A stretch of DNA of 64,000 nt, taken from NCBI GenBank assembly GCA_020137815.1, contig CM035354.1, positions 7,812,001-7,876,000 of the forward strand, given 5' to 3'. Source of the stretch: Hormiphora californensis (Eukaryota; Animalia; Ctenophora). The notes under the pieces are model-generated. The model ran no database searches, was not told the origin of the DNA, and saw nothing but the letters and a program-made list of their open reading frames with translations. Position numbers and translations under genes: made by a program. Shown in pieces: positions 61,884-64,000 of the stretch; positions within the stretch are counted from its first letter, which is position 1; each line of letters starts with the position of its first letter.

Positions 61884-64000
61884 ATGTTGTCATGTCTCTA
61901 CCTCCTTCTTCTTCTCCACACTACAACCAGCACCCTCCCTCCTGGACATGGGAAGGAGTTAGGACAACACAATGATCTGGGGACCCCCGCCCTGGAGGCT
62001 GACTGGAGGGATATGAGCCCGGGCAAGTTTAATGAATATGTGGCCAGCAGGACACCTGTTATATTGAGGGGCCTAGCTAAAGAATACCCAGCCTACGAGA
62101 AATGGACGGATCAATATATTCTGGTAAGGAGTTGACCCGCTAAGTTGAATTACTGTTGTAAATTACTGTTGTAATCAGGGGGCTGGGGCCTAAACTTTGT
62201 TTATATAGGCCAGATAGGGATCAACAGTAAAAAGATTTGTTTGTTTAAGAACAAGGTTTATTTACTTACTGTAACCCAATATCTCAACATATATTGCAAA
62301 TTGCAATGTTACATTCCAATACCTTCTCAAAACTTGCTGTTTCTCAACAAATCGCAAAAACTAGTACATACTCCCTTGCATTCCAATCCCCCTTCTCAAA
62401 GCCCAATTTCTCTCAGGACAACTTCGGTGATCTAGAGATACGTCTGGAGGCTAAAACAGAGAAGGAGCACTTTGTGCCAGTAGGGGAGGTGGGTCGAGGA
62501 AGGGCCACATTTGCTGAGTTCCTCTCTAGATACAAGACAGATAATATGTATTGTGTGAGTGAGGTTCCTAGTCCCATGTTCCCTGACCTGACTCTACCTG
62601 GTATCATGAACTGTGGGGAGCTCGCCAGCAGTATTGTAGAGGTGGGTTGGTGTTTAAGTTGGTGTTATTAGCCTCCGTCTCACATCGTATTTTGTTTCCT
62701 ATTGTTGCTTCCGTTTTTCTAAAATCTCACCGAATCTTAACATCAGGTGAATCTGTGGATAAACAGTGGTGGTGCTAAGAGTATAATACACAAAGATGCA
62801 CATAACCAGTTGAACTGCCTCCTGGCTGGTAGTAAGGAGTGGATCTTTATCAATAACACTTATAATGATGGAATATACCAGGCTGAAGAGGTAAGAGTGG
62901 GAGTCTTGAGCTCATGGACAGGCCCTTTTGTTCTTTCTCTCTCATTCATCGTGATGCCCACGTGATAGAGGGCCCTTTGTTGGTTTTGTGTGTGTAGCCT
63001 CATTTAACTGTTCCTTGATCACCATCTCAACACACAGCTTTATAATAAGCAGACCCCGCCCCCTCATGGCACCTGCCCCACTCATCGCTGACCCTTTCTC
63101 TAACCCTCTCCACCCTCTAACTAACCCTCTCCGCCCTTTCTCTAACTAACCCTCTTCTTTCCCTCAGATAGATGGAGACATGGGAGGTTTCTCACTGGTA
63201 GACCCAGCTAAAGTGAACTACAAATCATTCCCTAAGTTCGCTACAGTTCCCTGGGAATACGCTACTGTTCACGCTGGTGACTGCCTCTATCTCCCTCCTA
63301 GGTAACATTCTCATCTCTCTTTTTTGGATCGCCCCATGTCCATGATCATCTTACAAAATGAGAGAATATTCTAGAACATTCTCTTCCTTTCTCTTTCTTC
63401 CTCCCTATTCGATTTGAGTCTCTATTTGTCTGACGTCACGGAGAACCTGTCATAATTAAACTATCTGTTCGCTCTATCTTTCTGTTTCTCAAATCTTTCT
63501 CTCTATCTCTCTCTCTCTCTCTCTCTCCCACTCTCTATCCACCCTCTAACCCCCTCTCTCCATTTCAGATACTACCACCGTGTAAAATCAACAGACCGGA
63601 ACTTTGCAGTTTCTATCCTGTTCGGTACTACCTCTACATTCTCTATGTCCCCTAACTGCCACACTGGCCCAGCCCCCTCCCTGCCACTTGACAAGGCCCC
63701 TATCCAATGGGCCTACCCTGGACATGGTATGATGAGTATGGGCAATAGTTGTCCTGTCCAAATCAAACAGATCTTCATGGACGAGTTCACCCACTTTGCT
63801 GGAGAGGGGGTGGAGGAGGTAGCCATGGCGGATTATATAGACCACATATTGGATGAGGTGACTGTAGAGGTGCCTTACATCCAGGAGGCATTTCACAGGA
63901 TGTTTATAGAGGAGAGGTTACTGGGAGAGAGTGAGATGATAACAAGGGAATACCTGGAATCCCTCCCTGACTCCTTCTATAACACTGTAACAGCTGCCTA
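61884..64000 (+). CDS. Secreted JmjC/cupin-8 family 2-oxoglutarate oxygenase (continues past the right edge)
   Basis: Signal peptide MLSCLYLLLLL. Exons ~61884-62122, 62417-62641, 62747-62890, 63168-63301, 63569-end. YV....PVILRG..Y.KWTD.Y, NLW..SG..KS..HKD..N.LNCL..G.K, GDCLYLP..YYH.V.S give an HxD...H triad. Confidence 0.85.

Overview
Eukaryotic, animal-type genomic DNA with compact spacing, short GT-AG introns and many (CT)n microsatellites; a ctenophore origin is my impression and is unverified. Genes on the minus strand: a GDE1-like glycerophosphodiesterase (runs off the left edge), an 8-exon PhoD-family phosphatase with signal peptide and C-terminal TM, KRR1, and a 4-exon FAM174-like membrane protein. 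Genes on the plus strand: an 8-exon nucleoredoxin, a ~20.7 kb neuron navigator (NAV/unc-53) gene with apparent alternative first and last exons, an intronless alpha-tubulin, PSMF1/PI31, and a secreted JmjC/cupin oxygenase (runs off the right edge). About 5.3-23.7 kb and 40.1-41.6 kb are homopolymer-inflated low-quality sequence whose ORF calls are meaningless. The first block still hides the 5' exons of KRR1, a ~7 kb Gypsy-type LTR element and a noisy copy of the CR1/L2-type LINE that recurs cleanly at 23.7-25.5 kb. The main leads are: (1) two tightly packed co-oriented gene trios with splice-acceptor-like signals just before the ATGs, possibly operons resolved by trans-splicing, one of which pairs PhoD with a GDPD; (2) a 2.24 kb near-perfect palindromic Chapaev-type (RAG1-related) element built from two transposase 3' ends, inserted 9 bp from a NAV splice donor; (3) RFX X-box-like units forming several NAV tandem repeats; (4) a modular TTAGGG-containing repeat.
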